DNA of 64,000 nt from Rhizodiscina lignyota (taxonomy: Eukaryota). This document shows, one piece after another, positions 28,196 through 40,898 of the stretch; position 1 is the stretch's first letter; each line of letters begins with the position of its first letter. Under the pieces are notes generated by a model, which saw nothing but the letters and a program-made list of their open reading frames with translations, was not told where the DNA came from and ran no database searches. The stretch covers positions 1,240,001-1,304,000 of the forward strand of contig ML978129.1 in assembly GCA_010015805.1 (NCBI GenBank), in the 5' to 3' direction. The translations under genes and the position numbers were made by a program.

Positions 28196-28546
28196 GACAT
28201 CTCCAGGATGAGGCAAACTGATGAATCAAAGCTGGGCAAATGATTATAACATGATTAAAAGAAGGTCGAGAATCTTAGATATGGTATCAATGCATACACC
28301 AAATGCTCTCTCGCTCTTGCCCGATGCATACCGTGCAAGCCTCGATGCTCACTGTTCTTTTTCTTTACTCTGGCAAGGAATGGCAATCCTCAAATCTCTA
28401 CTAGTGACAATCCCCTCTCTCCAACTACCTGCTTCGCCCCTCCAACTCTCTCCTCGACCCTCACCAAGCTCCCCTTGCTACTTCTGACCCTCATCCACTC
28501 AGTTCTTTAGAAGCAGCTGGTCTAGTCAGTGATCATCGAACGTGTG

Positions 28547-30051
28547 TTATAGACGTGGTTTACTAACATCTTCATACTCCTTGTTATCATAATCGTACTT
28601 GTACGGTTTCTTCGTCGAAGTGTACAAAGTTGTCGGCGGAATCGCTGACGAAGTCGTAAATTTGACTGGGCTGTTAGGCGTGCTGCTTGGGACCGGAATA
28701 GTGGTGTTTACTGGCGGAGGAATGGCCACGCTGCTCGAGGGATAGATGACGATGGTCGTAGTGACATATGGGGTGAGAATTGGTGGGAGGGAGATTGGCG
28801 GTGGAAGAGAAATGCTTGAGACAGGCGGTGGGACCTCAGATGTAGGTGGATGAGGTGGCGGGGCCTTAGAAGTAGGTGGAGGTACCTTAGACGTTGGCGG
28901 CGGTACTTCAGAAGAAGGTGGTGGTGGAGCTTTGGATGTGGGTGGTGGGACTACGGATGAAGAGTTTGAAGACGGAGTCTGTTTCACTGGGCTGTTGGGT
29001 GTCGAGAGGCTTGTGCTTGATGGAGGAGGCGGTGGAGGTACGCTCGACGTCTCGGTGCAGGTTGTCGATGAAGGGGGCGGCACTGATGTGAGTGGGAGCG
29101 TTGGCGTGATCGTCGTACTGTTGGTCAGGATGAGCGTCGATGTAAGCGGCAGCGACGTGGGCGGGATCGTTGGCGTGATCGTAGTGCTGTTGGTCACAAT
29201 TATAATGGTAGTCGTGCCGACACTTGAAGACGAGCTTGGCGGCAAGGTCGCACTGACAGGCGTGGACGGCGAGCTTGAGGGAACGACGGTGGTTCTAATT
29301 GTCGAAATAATTGTCGATGTCGTGGCATACAAATGAGACGATGAGCTTGGAGGCGGAGGCGGAGGTGGAACCCTTGATGAAGAGCTCACTGCAGTAACCG
29401 GACTGTTGGGAGTGCTATTGGTCGGTGGTGCAGAAGATGAGCCCGAGGCGGTGTAGATATGATGGTACGGATAAGGCGGTAGCGAGGATGGAGGCAAAGA
29501 GGGCGAGACAGGGCTTGCCGGAGTCGAAAAAGAGCTGGGGACAGTGCCGGGAATAGAGCTGGTCGAGTTTGAAATCGGAGGCGTCACAGGAGATGTCGGC
29601 GGCGGAGCGGTAACTGTCAAAGTGTGCGTCGAGGTTGGCACTCCGGTTGAAATAGGGATCTTGGAGGAGCTTGGGCCAGTGGACAAGTAGATGCCCGACG
29701 AAGAGCTCGGTCCGCTGGAAAGCAGAACGCTGGATGAAGCCCACGACCAACTGAAACTGGTCGCCTTCACGGGGGAGTTTGGAGTGCTCGGAGAGACACT
29801 CCCGGAAGATGAAGCAGAGCCTCCGCCATACACGTAAGGGTACTTTCCATAGACGGGGGGAGACACTGCTCGCTTGACTTTTTGCTTGTTAGCTCTATCA
29901 TATCTTTGTATAGCTGCATGGTCATGTTCTGATATTTGAAGAGCATCATGTTTGAACGGCCATGGCGGTAGGCGGCCAACTTACTGGGAATTGGATCTGC
30001 GGTAGCGACAGAGAAAGCAGCTGCAACTGCAGCGATAGCAACGGCCTTCAT
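28547..30051 (-). CDS. Secreted Ser/Thr/Pro-rich mucin/extensin-like protein
   Basis: Signal peptide MKAVAIAAVAAAFSVATA; intron 29984-29878 (GTAAGT..CTAAC..AAG) gives DPIPIKR|AVSPPVYGKYPY joined to the 439-aa S/T/P-rich ORF. Confidence 0.85.
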
Positions 30052-32500
30052 GGTGGTGGTAACCTTGAAAGAACTCAATCGATAGACGTGATCAGAAACA
30101 AAGTATTGAGACGAAAGAGTGACGAACAGAAGCAACGATTGTTGACTCGCAGGTAGTGGAGCGAGATGGAAAGCAAAATGCTGAGGCGACAGGAGCTCTA
30201 TATGTTCATCCCACTGGACGTCCTTACAGCACAACTATCCAATTACCGCTCTTCAAAACGGACACAGACACTATTGGCACGGGCGGGGCAAGCTGCACGA
30301 TGGTAGGCCATTGCTCTTTAATTTTGCACCGACTGTCCGCAGCCGCGTTACTGGGAAACGTACTCTACGTATGTGCGGTCTGGCACACTAGAGTACGAGC
30401 TCTCGCGCTTTCCGAAACTAGGGAGTCTCGCAGCTTTTCTTGCAAATGTTGTGCGTGCGTAGCAGTTGGAAAGGGGCGAGAGATTGGACACAGTCGGTTT
30501 GAGTCCGACAAACGGCCGAGCAGTGTCCTGAAAATATTGAGTATTCAGTGGCGATAGGAACTTGGGAAGCGGTTCTGGTGATTCGTTTCTAGAGTGATCG
30601 GGTTGCCACGTTTGAAGGCGCCGTCCGATCGAGCTGTCTCTGCCACCACGAGGCCTCTCCGCCACTTCGTAGGACGAGCAGTGGGAAGATTCTGCCGTCG
30701 ACGTCCATGATGGGAGCTTGGGGTTTCGAATCGCGTTTGGATCAGTCTGTGTAACGGTAGAGCTCATACCACAGTGTTCTTTCCTGTAGATCACGCCAGG
30801 GTTTATTGTTCAAATAGTGACACCGCATGTGCACTTTCCAGAGAATGGCCTCAGTGCATTTATCTCACGTTGCAGCCACATGCAGCAAGGCGAGACATTC
30901 TTCCCATTTCAATCAAAGGACCGCGAGGTTGGAGAGAGGTGAGAGGCGATGCATGATGTATGAAAGCGCCGTTGGGAAGCATTCACAGCCACGTGTTCGA
31001 GAAAGCTGCTGTCCGGATAACATATGCATTTGCTGAACGCCGTTTGCTTCTGCAAATGCAACAAGGCGCGTCAACGGCCGGCTGGCATTTGAAGCCGCAT
31101 AGAAATAAAGTAGAGGATATGCGAGAATCAGGGGACTTTGATGATAGGTACCCGAGTCTTGTGCCACCACGCAATGACGAGACGTTAGCGGGCGACCGAA
31201 CAAACGAAGGGACTGCAAACGGCGTACGGAACTCTTCGTTCGAGATTGGTCCAAGCGAACAAGAGGATCTACGGCCAGGGCGACCTTGGTCTTGTCTGCA
31301 GAGAGCTGCTGTGATTCCAAGGTAGTCAGTTACTAAAATATGTCAATGTTGAAAGACCGTGTACAATTTATGAGTGAAATCGCGCGCCTCACAAACGAAA
31401 TGACAAATGAACGATCCAGTATAGGAGCAATAGCTATAGCGAAAACTCGAAGTTGGAAGCCCAGCGACAAAATCTCTCGCACGGCCAGGAAATTCACGTC
31501 TTGTTGCGATGTTTGAGCTGCACTCCACAAAGGAGCCCCGCGTCGACACAATCTTCGTGAGACTTTCCAGACGCATATCAGCCTTCCTCGCATTGCGCAT
31601 AGCGCAGTGATTCGACGCAGGTACAGGTCGACTCGCACAAATCGCTTTCTGGCGCCAGCTGTGTCGTCAGACAAACGGTTGCGGATCGGTCGATGGCAGC
31701 TGTTGATTGTTGAGCCTGCCCTGGCTGAGCACAGCGCCGGGTGCGCAGTCCTACCGCTCACAAACTGACACAAAGAGCTGGGTACGCTCAGACCGAGATA
31801 CGGTCCAGCTTGAGCTCGGTGCTCCCCTCCGCAGAATGTGAGAGGTAAGGCGAAGAAAGAGTTAGGCTTTGTGAGATGCTCACATGGGTGGAAGCGATGG
31901 AGCTTGGCGGGCAAATTTCTTATGGCGATCCTGATATGCATGAATTCCATGGTCTATGCCTGAGATGCAGGAGGACTGTGTCTCTAACAGACGAACAATG
32001 TCGCGCAATGCAAGGAGTCAAGTCGTTTGGGCCATTGGTTGTGATATGCTGTGTTCTACACGTCTCCCTGCCTCTATTGTTGCTGTCAGTCCGAGCAGCC
32101 ATCCAAGTCACTCCAATATTGCGAGTATGCTGCTACTGCACCAAGAAGTTGAGAGTAGATGCTTTAATGTTATTTACGCTAACCTCCCACCGTCTTTGCC
32201 ATGTAGGAGGGTATCATCGAAAGGGGGCCAAACTGATGCGCCAAATATTACCGTATGATTTCCATCCGAAGTAGATTCATCGGGAAAAGCGCCGACCCAA
32301 GCTCATGTACTTTGCCGTGGAAATCGTTACAAGACGTTAGAATAATACAAGAAGTGAAGTACGCGAGTACTCAACACGTCGAATGCCACCAATAATCATT
32401 TTGGAGTAGCCGAACAGAACATTGCAAAGTTGGACAGACGTCAGGTCTCGGCCAACAAACGCCTTCGGAACAAGGCATTCACGAATTTCTCGTGTCATCT

Positions 32501-33895
32501 CTAGTTAGAGACATGTCCTGAAGTGACATCCTCAAAGGACTCGAGGAAATTCATCCAATCACCACCACCAGGAGTAATTACTGCACTGTCCTGAGCACTG
32601 CTCGTTCGAGTCATAGTTGAATCCTTCGAACCATCAGCGAACATGTTGTCCGCACCGAAGTTGAAGTTGTTGAAGTTGTCGAACGTACCACTGAACGGTG
32701 TAGTAATTCCATCCGTGGCTGCTGAGGTAGCATAGCTCTTGGAAAAGTGCTCGTCGGCGCTCGTGTCCAATGGATTGAGTGAGAGTGCCGTATTCATCGG
32801 ATTGTGCAGCCCAGGAGCGGGGGATTGCGGCTGAGAGGCGGAGTTTGGCTTATAGGAGTACAAAAAAGGTGCATGGTTGCTAGGCATCCAATATGAGTTG
32901 AGAGAGCTCTGTGCGTCCATTGATGGCTGGGCAAGAAGCTGTTGCGTCTCTTGGGGCAAACTTGTTGAGAAGGGAGCGAAGTTCACGTTCTGCGGGAAAG
33001 GATCCAAGAACGGTTCCACATTGGCTGATAGGCTTGACGCGCTAGTGGCTGATGGATTAGATGGATTAGGTGCTTCGCTGAACATGTTCCGAGGAGGAGT
33101 GGAGCCGTCCACCTTCACATTCGACGTCGATCGCGACATTGGTGGTCTCATCGGCGTCTGTGCCTGAGAGACTGGTGTTACAGATGTCGACCGAGGCGAT
33201 AACGACACTCGCCTCTGTTCCTCGTTATACCGTGGCATGGCTGGGCTCGTCGGATTCGAGTGTATAGAGTTCGAATCGTGTGTTGTTGATATGCTCGCCG
33301 ACCGTTGATGCATGCCTGTTCCAAGGTTTCGTGGCGACATCGGATATGGAGCATGCCGCACCTGCTGATTGCTATAATGCAACATCTGTGGAGGAAGCAT
33401 CATTGGCTGCTGCTGCTGTGGTTGTCCGAATTGGTTCGCGAAGAACGGCGCGTTTGGGTAGGGCTGGAAGAAGTTTCCTTGTTCCATTAGCGCTGACCTG
33501 GTGCCCAACTGACTGGACATGTATGCTTGGAGTCTTCGGTTGAACTCCATAGAGCCAGTCTGAAGATGGGCGAACGATTGCAGACGCCGGATCTGGGCTG
33601 GCAGATCATCGTCCTCCTCCTCGTACATCTCTTCGTTGACAACATCTTGTTCCGTTACACGGAGAGCTCGGCCAGTACGCTTCTTGTGAATCTCTGACGC
33701 CCGGCGTGCGGATTCGATGCGTGCTTCAAGGCTCCTGTCGCTTCGTCTCGACGCAGCAATATAGGCTCTGCAATAGAGTTTAGCATGAGTATGTAGGCAG
33801 CTCCTTCAGAATGAAAATCACCTCTCTTGGTTCTCCTCATGCGTACGTTCTGTTTTCATCGGCTTCGTGGTCGACACCGTCCGGATTGGAGGCAT
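32501..33895 (-). CDS. Conserved uncharacterised fungal protein (RTHEENQERAYIAASRRSDRS family), putative regulator
   Basis: ATG 33895, intron 33821-33768; spliced product MPPIRT..ERTHEENQERAYIAASRRSDRSLEARIESARRASEIHKKRTGRALRVTEQDVVNEEMYEEEDDDLP joins the 375-aa Q/S/P-rich ORF. Confidence 0.85.
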
Positions 33896-36697
33896 GATGC
33901 TAAGTGCTTTTCGTGTCTCGCAATGTTGTGCGATGAGGAGGAAATGAGAAGTTCTAAGGCGAGAAGAACTGTTGTTCGAGCGCTAGTGAGCCTGGCAAGA
34001 ACGCCACCAGTAGATAGCTATGCGCAGATTGGAAGGATCGCGTTCAATGGGTTGATATTAAGCCGTGGCGAGCTTCGCAGTCGAGCGAAAGGTGGAAATG
34101 CGGGACGGCTTGTAATTGGGCCGAATTCGGTGGTTGAGCTGAAAGAATGGAAGTTGATTCCACATCAATCGTGTCCAGCTGGAGGTGAAAGGGATATGTC
34201 GAGTATTGCTTCAACTTGGCCACTGCAGACTCGGAGTGGACAAAGGATAAGACGGGTCGACTTGAGGAGCAGGAGCGGTGGGGCGCATGAAGAGAGTGAC
34301 GGACGGTGGAGGCCGCTCTGCCAGCCAAGATCCCAGGACTGGGGGTCTTTTCTTGCAATCGAAAGAGGCAGCCGGCTAAATGGTGGGCCTCGTGATATTT
34401 GGTCAGTATGTGGTGCCCCTATGTCCGTCGCGCAGCGCATTGCATCCGGCGCCCTACTCTCTCAGATGGCCATTTGCCACGGCGTGCTGGGCCGTCGGCA
34501 CTTGAAGGAGGAGGAGTGGTGACGGAGGATGGTCCGATGCGATGCGCGAACGACAGGATTTCTCATGTCCCGTCTGCTCGCCCACTGGCAAGGATGTCAA
34601 GCGATCGGCGCGGTGACAGATGGCAGTCGTTCCGAGCACGGACAGGGCCGTGAAACATGCGCCACTTGATTGGCCACAGGGGCTTCGCCGCGCCTCGCTA
34701 ATCGGACGTATCTCAGATCGCATCGCGAAGAATTCGATGTGAATCTACCATGCGCCCTTCTGATGCGCAAGATTCGCATCTCTACAGCATGTCGGAACCC
34801 TTTCCTGTGAGATCTGACCCACGAGGCTATGGTGTTCCTGCAGCGTGCCATAGACCATGAACTCATGTTGACGAGTCCTGCTTCCCATTAGAAAAAGAAA
34901 TGGCTGTGCTTGTTTCCTCCAACACGAAATTGTGGGGCGTTTTCAGTTCCTTGCCAAACGGCGCAAGCGAGGAGTTCCTCTTTGCACACTTTCTTCACGC
35001 GCTTTACTCATCACTGCCGTTCGTCCACTGTGCCCAGGGACTCCAAATCCGACGGCTCCTTGCTCATGGTGAATGAAACCCTTCTGGAAACTCAAATTCA
35101 AGTCCCTCCCGCTGCGGACGCCGTCTCGAAATGTGACAATGGGCTTGTTTTTTTTGTGCTAGCGCCACAGGGCAACTCCCAACCACAGAGCTCGAGCTTC
35201 CTACGTCACCGTACCCAATCCACGCTGGAACAACCCCAGGCTGGTGGTCCAGACCCGTAGAACGATGGCACCGACTGTGCGTTGGCTTGCATCGCGGTCG
35301 ACCTTCCCCGCGGCCGGCTCATGCCAAACTCCACAAAAGAACAGTCGGATAAGCTTCGCTCGCCTCCCTATCCCATGCTACTCCATCTCCCCCTCATTTC
35401 TGGTAGACGGCGTTCGTTCTAAGAGATCGACAAGTTTTACGCTCGAAAGAAAGTCTGCTCCGCCTTTGCCTAGTCCAGGCGGAAAAGAAAGCGAGGAAAC
35501 CGATGTTTTTCCCTCCGAGAACGCGCTGTCTCAGGGTAGGTAGCGCGGAGATTCGCCACCCCGATTCCAACCTCCGGCTTGCAGCTGTCACCTCGCATTG
35601 GAAAGAAGCCACAACGCCATCCCTGGCGGGTCGCCCAGGCCTCTGTGATGAGAAAATTAGCCCTTCGCCTTGTGGCGTTTCGATCGCACTTCGCCTTACA
35701 GGGGGTCGGGTATCGCGGACTCCAGCCACGATAAGAGATTACCCGCTGTCCGTCAGTGCAGAACCTCGAACGGCGACTTTAGGTATCCAGCGTTCGCGGT
35801 GGAGAAACCAAAGAGAGGTGTAACTTTGACTTGCTCTCGGAAAATCCGAAGGTGTCGCAATTTGTCACGAAAACATCTGCCAGACGCCGGTGGGATATCT
35901 TCAGTTCACTCCCGGACATCTCGTCACGGTCCTCCTCGGTACTTTCTTATTTAGCGCTTCGTATGGAGTACAGTCCAGAACCCCCTTTAATGTTCCACCG
36001 AGGAATGTGGCCCTACTGTGCAGCAGTCGGTGCAGTTGCAGGAGCGATCTATAATTGAGTCAGCTCCTATGTAAGCTTTGCGTAACGCCTCTTCTATTGA
36101 CGTAGGATTCAGCCCTTGAGCATAGGGTCCTGTCAACATCGCAGACAGGACTTAGCTGCAGAATCGCTGCATGCTCACACGGGCCTGAACGGTGAACATG
36201 GGTGATATCCAAGGCCTTGGGACTGCTCGTGGCTTTCTGGAGTCCATTCCACGATGCATGCTGACCATGTCACCACCGCGGTAGGGCTTCTCCTTCGTTG
36301 CATGGAACCTGCAAGCCACATATTGAACTTCACATGGGCATGTGTGTGTCCAAGGTCCAGCTCTGTCAGAACGAGTGCAAAACTATTTCACCAGAGACTT
36401 CGATGGTAGAGGCTGGAAACAGCCGAAGGGGGTATCTTGACGCTAAATCTGCACGAATCAGCACGTTTAGAATTTGGATACGAATCATCCCCAGTTTGAC
36501 ATGGAATTTGCATGGAATTGAACTTTTCCACTGTCTAATTCGATATCAAACGCCAGACTCGCCACCCATGCTATGCAAATAATCAACATCCATTGGTGAA
36601 TCCCCTTTCTCCGTCGGAAAGTATCATCTCTTCGCGTGCCTTTTTTCTGAGAGCTCGAGCTATCAGAGGTCAGTATCAGAAAAGCAAAATAAGAACA

Positions 36698-38101
36698 CTA
36701 TCTCCCCACTGCCGAATTAAGAACTTGTGTCCTGAAGAAGCCTCCCTTTGTCCGCTCAATGACTTGCTGGTAGACGGACTGAGGCGGATGATTCATGACG
36801 ACTGTCCCGGCTTGGTAATCGATCTTGGCATCAACGCGTGTGTCTCGGATGAGGTTGACGATCCACTTCTCGCCCTCGTCTTGGTTCAGGCCTAGTCGCG
36901 TCGAGAGGTCCCTATGTGATTGTCAGGTGAAGCTTCACTTGTAGTATTGACTTCGGGGACTCACTTGATGTCTATCCTCTGATGAATCTTGCAGTACGAT
37001 TCGGAGATCAGGTGTCTGGCCGAGTCCACGAACGCATCTTTCGATTGTCCAAGGAAGAAGTCACTCTCGAATAGCTGCTCCGCCTCGACCAACTTCTTTT
37101 GCGCCTCTTCGAAGTCAAAATCTACATACAGAGCCTTGATGAAGTCAGTCAATGGATCGTGGTACTCGTAACCTTCCTGTTTCACGATCCGTATCAGGTC
37201 CTTCAGCTGCTTCTGATATGCGTTTGAGTTTCGAGTGCGGTTGCGATTGGTGATGACGGCAGCGCACAGGAAGCGTAGTATCCATGGGCAGAGCGTTTGG
37301 ATAGTATTTATATATGCTGGAGAGAAGAAGAGCTCTGTGAGAGTGTCTCTGGCGGGCTCATGTCGGAAGTATGGGAAAAGCGACCAGTGAATCAGCCATG
37401 TTCGCGCCTGCAACTGCGCTAGAGGGTTGTTGAAGAGTGATCGGTCAATGTACTCTTCTCTTATCAGTGTGATCTCTCCCATCGCGCTTTCCCAGTCTGT
37501 TTCGATGATGTCGGATGCCAGCTTGCCCCAAGTTGCAGAGTTCGTCAAGTCGCTGTCGGTTGACTATCAAGGTCAGTAGATGCGCTCTGTCAGTGGAGCT
37601 GCGCAGTCAACCAGAACATACCAACACCCTGAATCTTTGCAGCATAGCTGCCGCATTACCATAGTCACCCATCTCGAAGAGGAACCTTCCGTACTCGTAC
37701 AGCGCATTCACGTCTTCCGCATTGACGTCGTGATTTTCCTTGAGGTAATTCAAGTTCGCTACTTTGTCCGACCTCAAGTTGCCGATGATTTCTGGATTGT
37801 CGAATATGTCCTGAATCTTGTTCGTATTCTCCTCCAGTGTTATCTTCTTCTGCATAACATCCTGCCTCTTTGTCTCCCACTCTTTCGGCGGCGCATCCAG
37901 ACCCTTGATGTCGGCCTCCAAGTTTCCGACATAGTCCACCATATTTGTGCCTTTGAGGAGCTCGAAGATTGCTTGTTGCACGTCTGGCGTCGGGTCTCGG
38001 TCATTGAGCAAGGGAAAGAGAAGGTGCCGGTCGAAAAAAGGCGCCATTTTTGGGAGCAGATCCCACTGGGAAGGGCCGTCGACGCCATTCTCTTGCGCCA
38101 T
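36698..38101 (-). CDS. INT6: Translation initiation factor 3 subunit E (Int6)
   Basis: [30 protein letters not shown]-type [36 protein letters not shown] end [16 protein letters not shown]; two introns; stop at 36698. Confidence 0.95.
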
Positions 38102-38358
38102 CTTGTCGGTAGAAAGACAGATCGTGATATTGCTGTTGAGGATCCGGATCCGTCAGGGATGGTTGATGGGTGTTGTTGCAGTTGCGACAGGAACCTCAAG
38201 AGTGGGTTGAAGTGTGCGGCAGAAAATTGCATGACTCGTGCGAGGGCGCCTGCCAAGAGTTCGAGAGTCGCGCCGACGCGCTTTTACTGATGAAAGTCCT
38301 CCGCGACTCCACATCTTCTTCACGGATTCTTCACCTTGCTGCGACTGCAAACGATTCA

Positions 38359-39030
38359 ATGGTGCTATCAGAAGCATTTCTCTCTAATTTTCGCCTGCTG
38401 GCACTCTCGGAGCTCTCTGCCCTGAGACGATGTGGCTTTCTTGCACCTCCACGGACATTACAGCGTGAGTTGAGCAATGCCATTCAACGCACGGAATTAA
38501 AGACACTCATCTATACCGTTCCAGGCGCCCCTCGCATCTGCAGTCGTAGCTATGGCTTTAAAGCGACCTCATCTCAAGCTTCCTCGGCCGCTTCCTCGAC
38601 TTCCGCCAATACGAAACTCCACACTCCTGAAATCCCTATTCTAAATCCTCTAATTACTCTATCGTCTTCAACCAATTCGCCCTCCACACAATCATCTATA
38701 CCTGCTCCAGCTCCAGCGAATGGCCTACTTTACCACGTCTCAAGAACGCCTTCATCGGGACTTCCAGTGTACAAAGAGCAGAAGCGCGGCGGGAATTTAT
38801 ATCGGACGCGGATTCGCAAGATTAGTGGAAACGTCGATAGATTAAAGGATGACCTTCAGAAATTCCTATCGCTGCCGGATGAGAGGGTAGCAATTAACAG
38901 ATTGACGGGCCATATTCTACTGAAGGTAAGGGATTCTCTCGATGTTAGTGCCGTTGACGCTAACCATGGTCTGTGAAAGGGTTGGTATAAGCCGCAAGTG
39001 ATCAAGTTTCTGGAGTCAAAGAATTTCTGA
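38359..39030 (+). CDS. IMG2: Mitochondrial ribosomal protein mL49 (Img2)
   Basis: YHVSRTPSSGLPVY...GGNLYRTRIRKISGN...L...INRLTGHILLK|GWYKPQVIKFLESKNF; terminal intron GTAAGG..CTAAC..AAG; start codon uncertain. Confidence 0.85.
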
Positions 39031-40898
39031 TACTCAAATGATACCCGAATAAGATGTATTACAAGAAGCGGCTTTTGTTGACCTCATTTTCGCGAACCCG
39101 CATGTTGCAAGATTTCTATCGCGAAGCGTGCGCGAGTCCCCGACATACAGTTCGAGAGTACTTGGAATCTGCTCTATCTTCCCGACCTGGCCCGACATAG
39201 AGTCCTACCCCCTCTGTGACATGTCTCTGCTAATTCATCAAGGCCATGCATGGATACATTTATAATATACTTAATGGTATTACGAAGCTACACCAGCGTC
39301 TCGCGCGAGTCTCGGAGCTGTTTTGACCGACGTGAGGACTAAGCTTGTAATTTGCCTTACTCGATCAAAATGTCGCTTGCGATACACCCAAGTCTTGTAC
39401 CCGTCGCACAGGTGCTTGGGCTTAGCTGTGCCGTTCTTCTGGATGCATGATTCTCATGGTAGTTGCTTAGGAACACTGCTCACCCAGCTTGACGCAAAGA
39501 ATCTTTAGTAACGGTATCAGCCCCAAGTTTCCATTTCCTCGTGCTCAATCAGCAGACACTTAATAGACATATTATAGGTATACGAGAACACAGTCAAAAT
39601 CGGACAGCATTTGAGTGACGACGAAAGGATCGTTGCTAGAAAAGAATGACTACTTCAATGTTCATCAGAGATGATTAGGTAACGGAGACGAAGAACTCTA
39701 AAAAGATCGAGGACGATGAAGAGCTAATTCTACATGGGCTCCAAGTCCATCTCTTACACGGCCATTATTGACTTCATTTCGGAGCGATTTCACGTCGCTC
39801 TAATGATCCTGGTGGTCTGATGCAGATTCTCGCTCGAGAGGGAATCAAATTAATTCTCGGGAGTCACGCGTGGAGACCTGAAAATGGCTTCTGAAAGTGT
39901 CAACCGTCTTAATCGCTACACGCTCAAGCAACATGATCGTACCCTTTGGGGGCCAGCAGCACAGGAAATTTGAACACTGCCGCTCCCAATGTTTGTTTAC
40001 GCAACCACAAGGAGGAGAATTACCTGTCGCTGATGCCAGATTTGACTGGCGGCCGACAACAACGGCACTCACCAATCCGAATCATGCGTGCATACCACTC
40101 GACATCAATTCATGTCCACTTTCAGCGATGAGCATTATCTGATAACTGAAGGGTCCTTCTTACCTCCCCGGAGCTGCATCAGGTCACGGTCAGCCATTTT
40201 ATTTGGATTCGCTGAGAGGGAAGGTGTCGGTGAGGCTCACCAACATCAGTATCAAGGCTTGCCGGCTGCACGTGGTCGGCAATTCCGGATGCTGCAGTCT
40301 GAGGAATCGTCTTCTGCTCTCCGTTCGGCATCCCATCTTCCGCTTGCCTGGAGGTGGGGCTGGAATGGCGCCAACTCAGCCTTGTTTTATGCAGGTATCA
40401 CACGTTAACTGTGGGGTTTCGATAAGATGACCAGGAGTATCGTTTTAAGTAATTGATTGATCATTTGTGAGGACCACGATCACTATCCGAAAGGGGAAAT
40501 GTAGATATGCCCCACCTATCCCTGCCACGACCACATCAAGCACGCTCGCCAGTACCTTTCTACCTTCGTGTCTTCACCATTTGATATTATTCGATGATCT
40601 AGACCACGACACGTGGGAACTTGCATGCTCTATCTGTAGCAAGGCTTTCGGAAGAAGGGTGACGCTCTCGCGCTATGGCAGCTGTCGAGATCCCTATTGG
40701 GTCTGCATAGCTCAGTAAGCAACAACTAAGCCAGCTCGGTTGATTGCGAGGAAAGACACTCTGTCTATCGCTAATTTCGGTAGCATAGATATGTTATAGG
40801 AAGAGTGGGCCATCTTCTCTTGGCCTTTCTCTTCTGCTGCGTTGATGCGCCGCTTTATTCTCGTCGCAAAGTCACGCAGGACGCAGCCACATTGCAAG

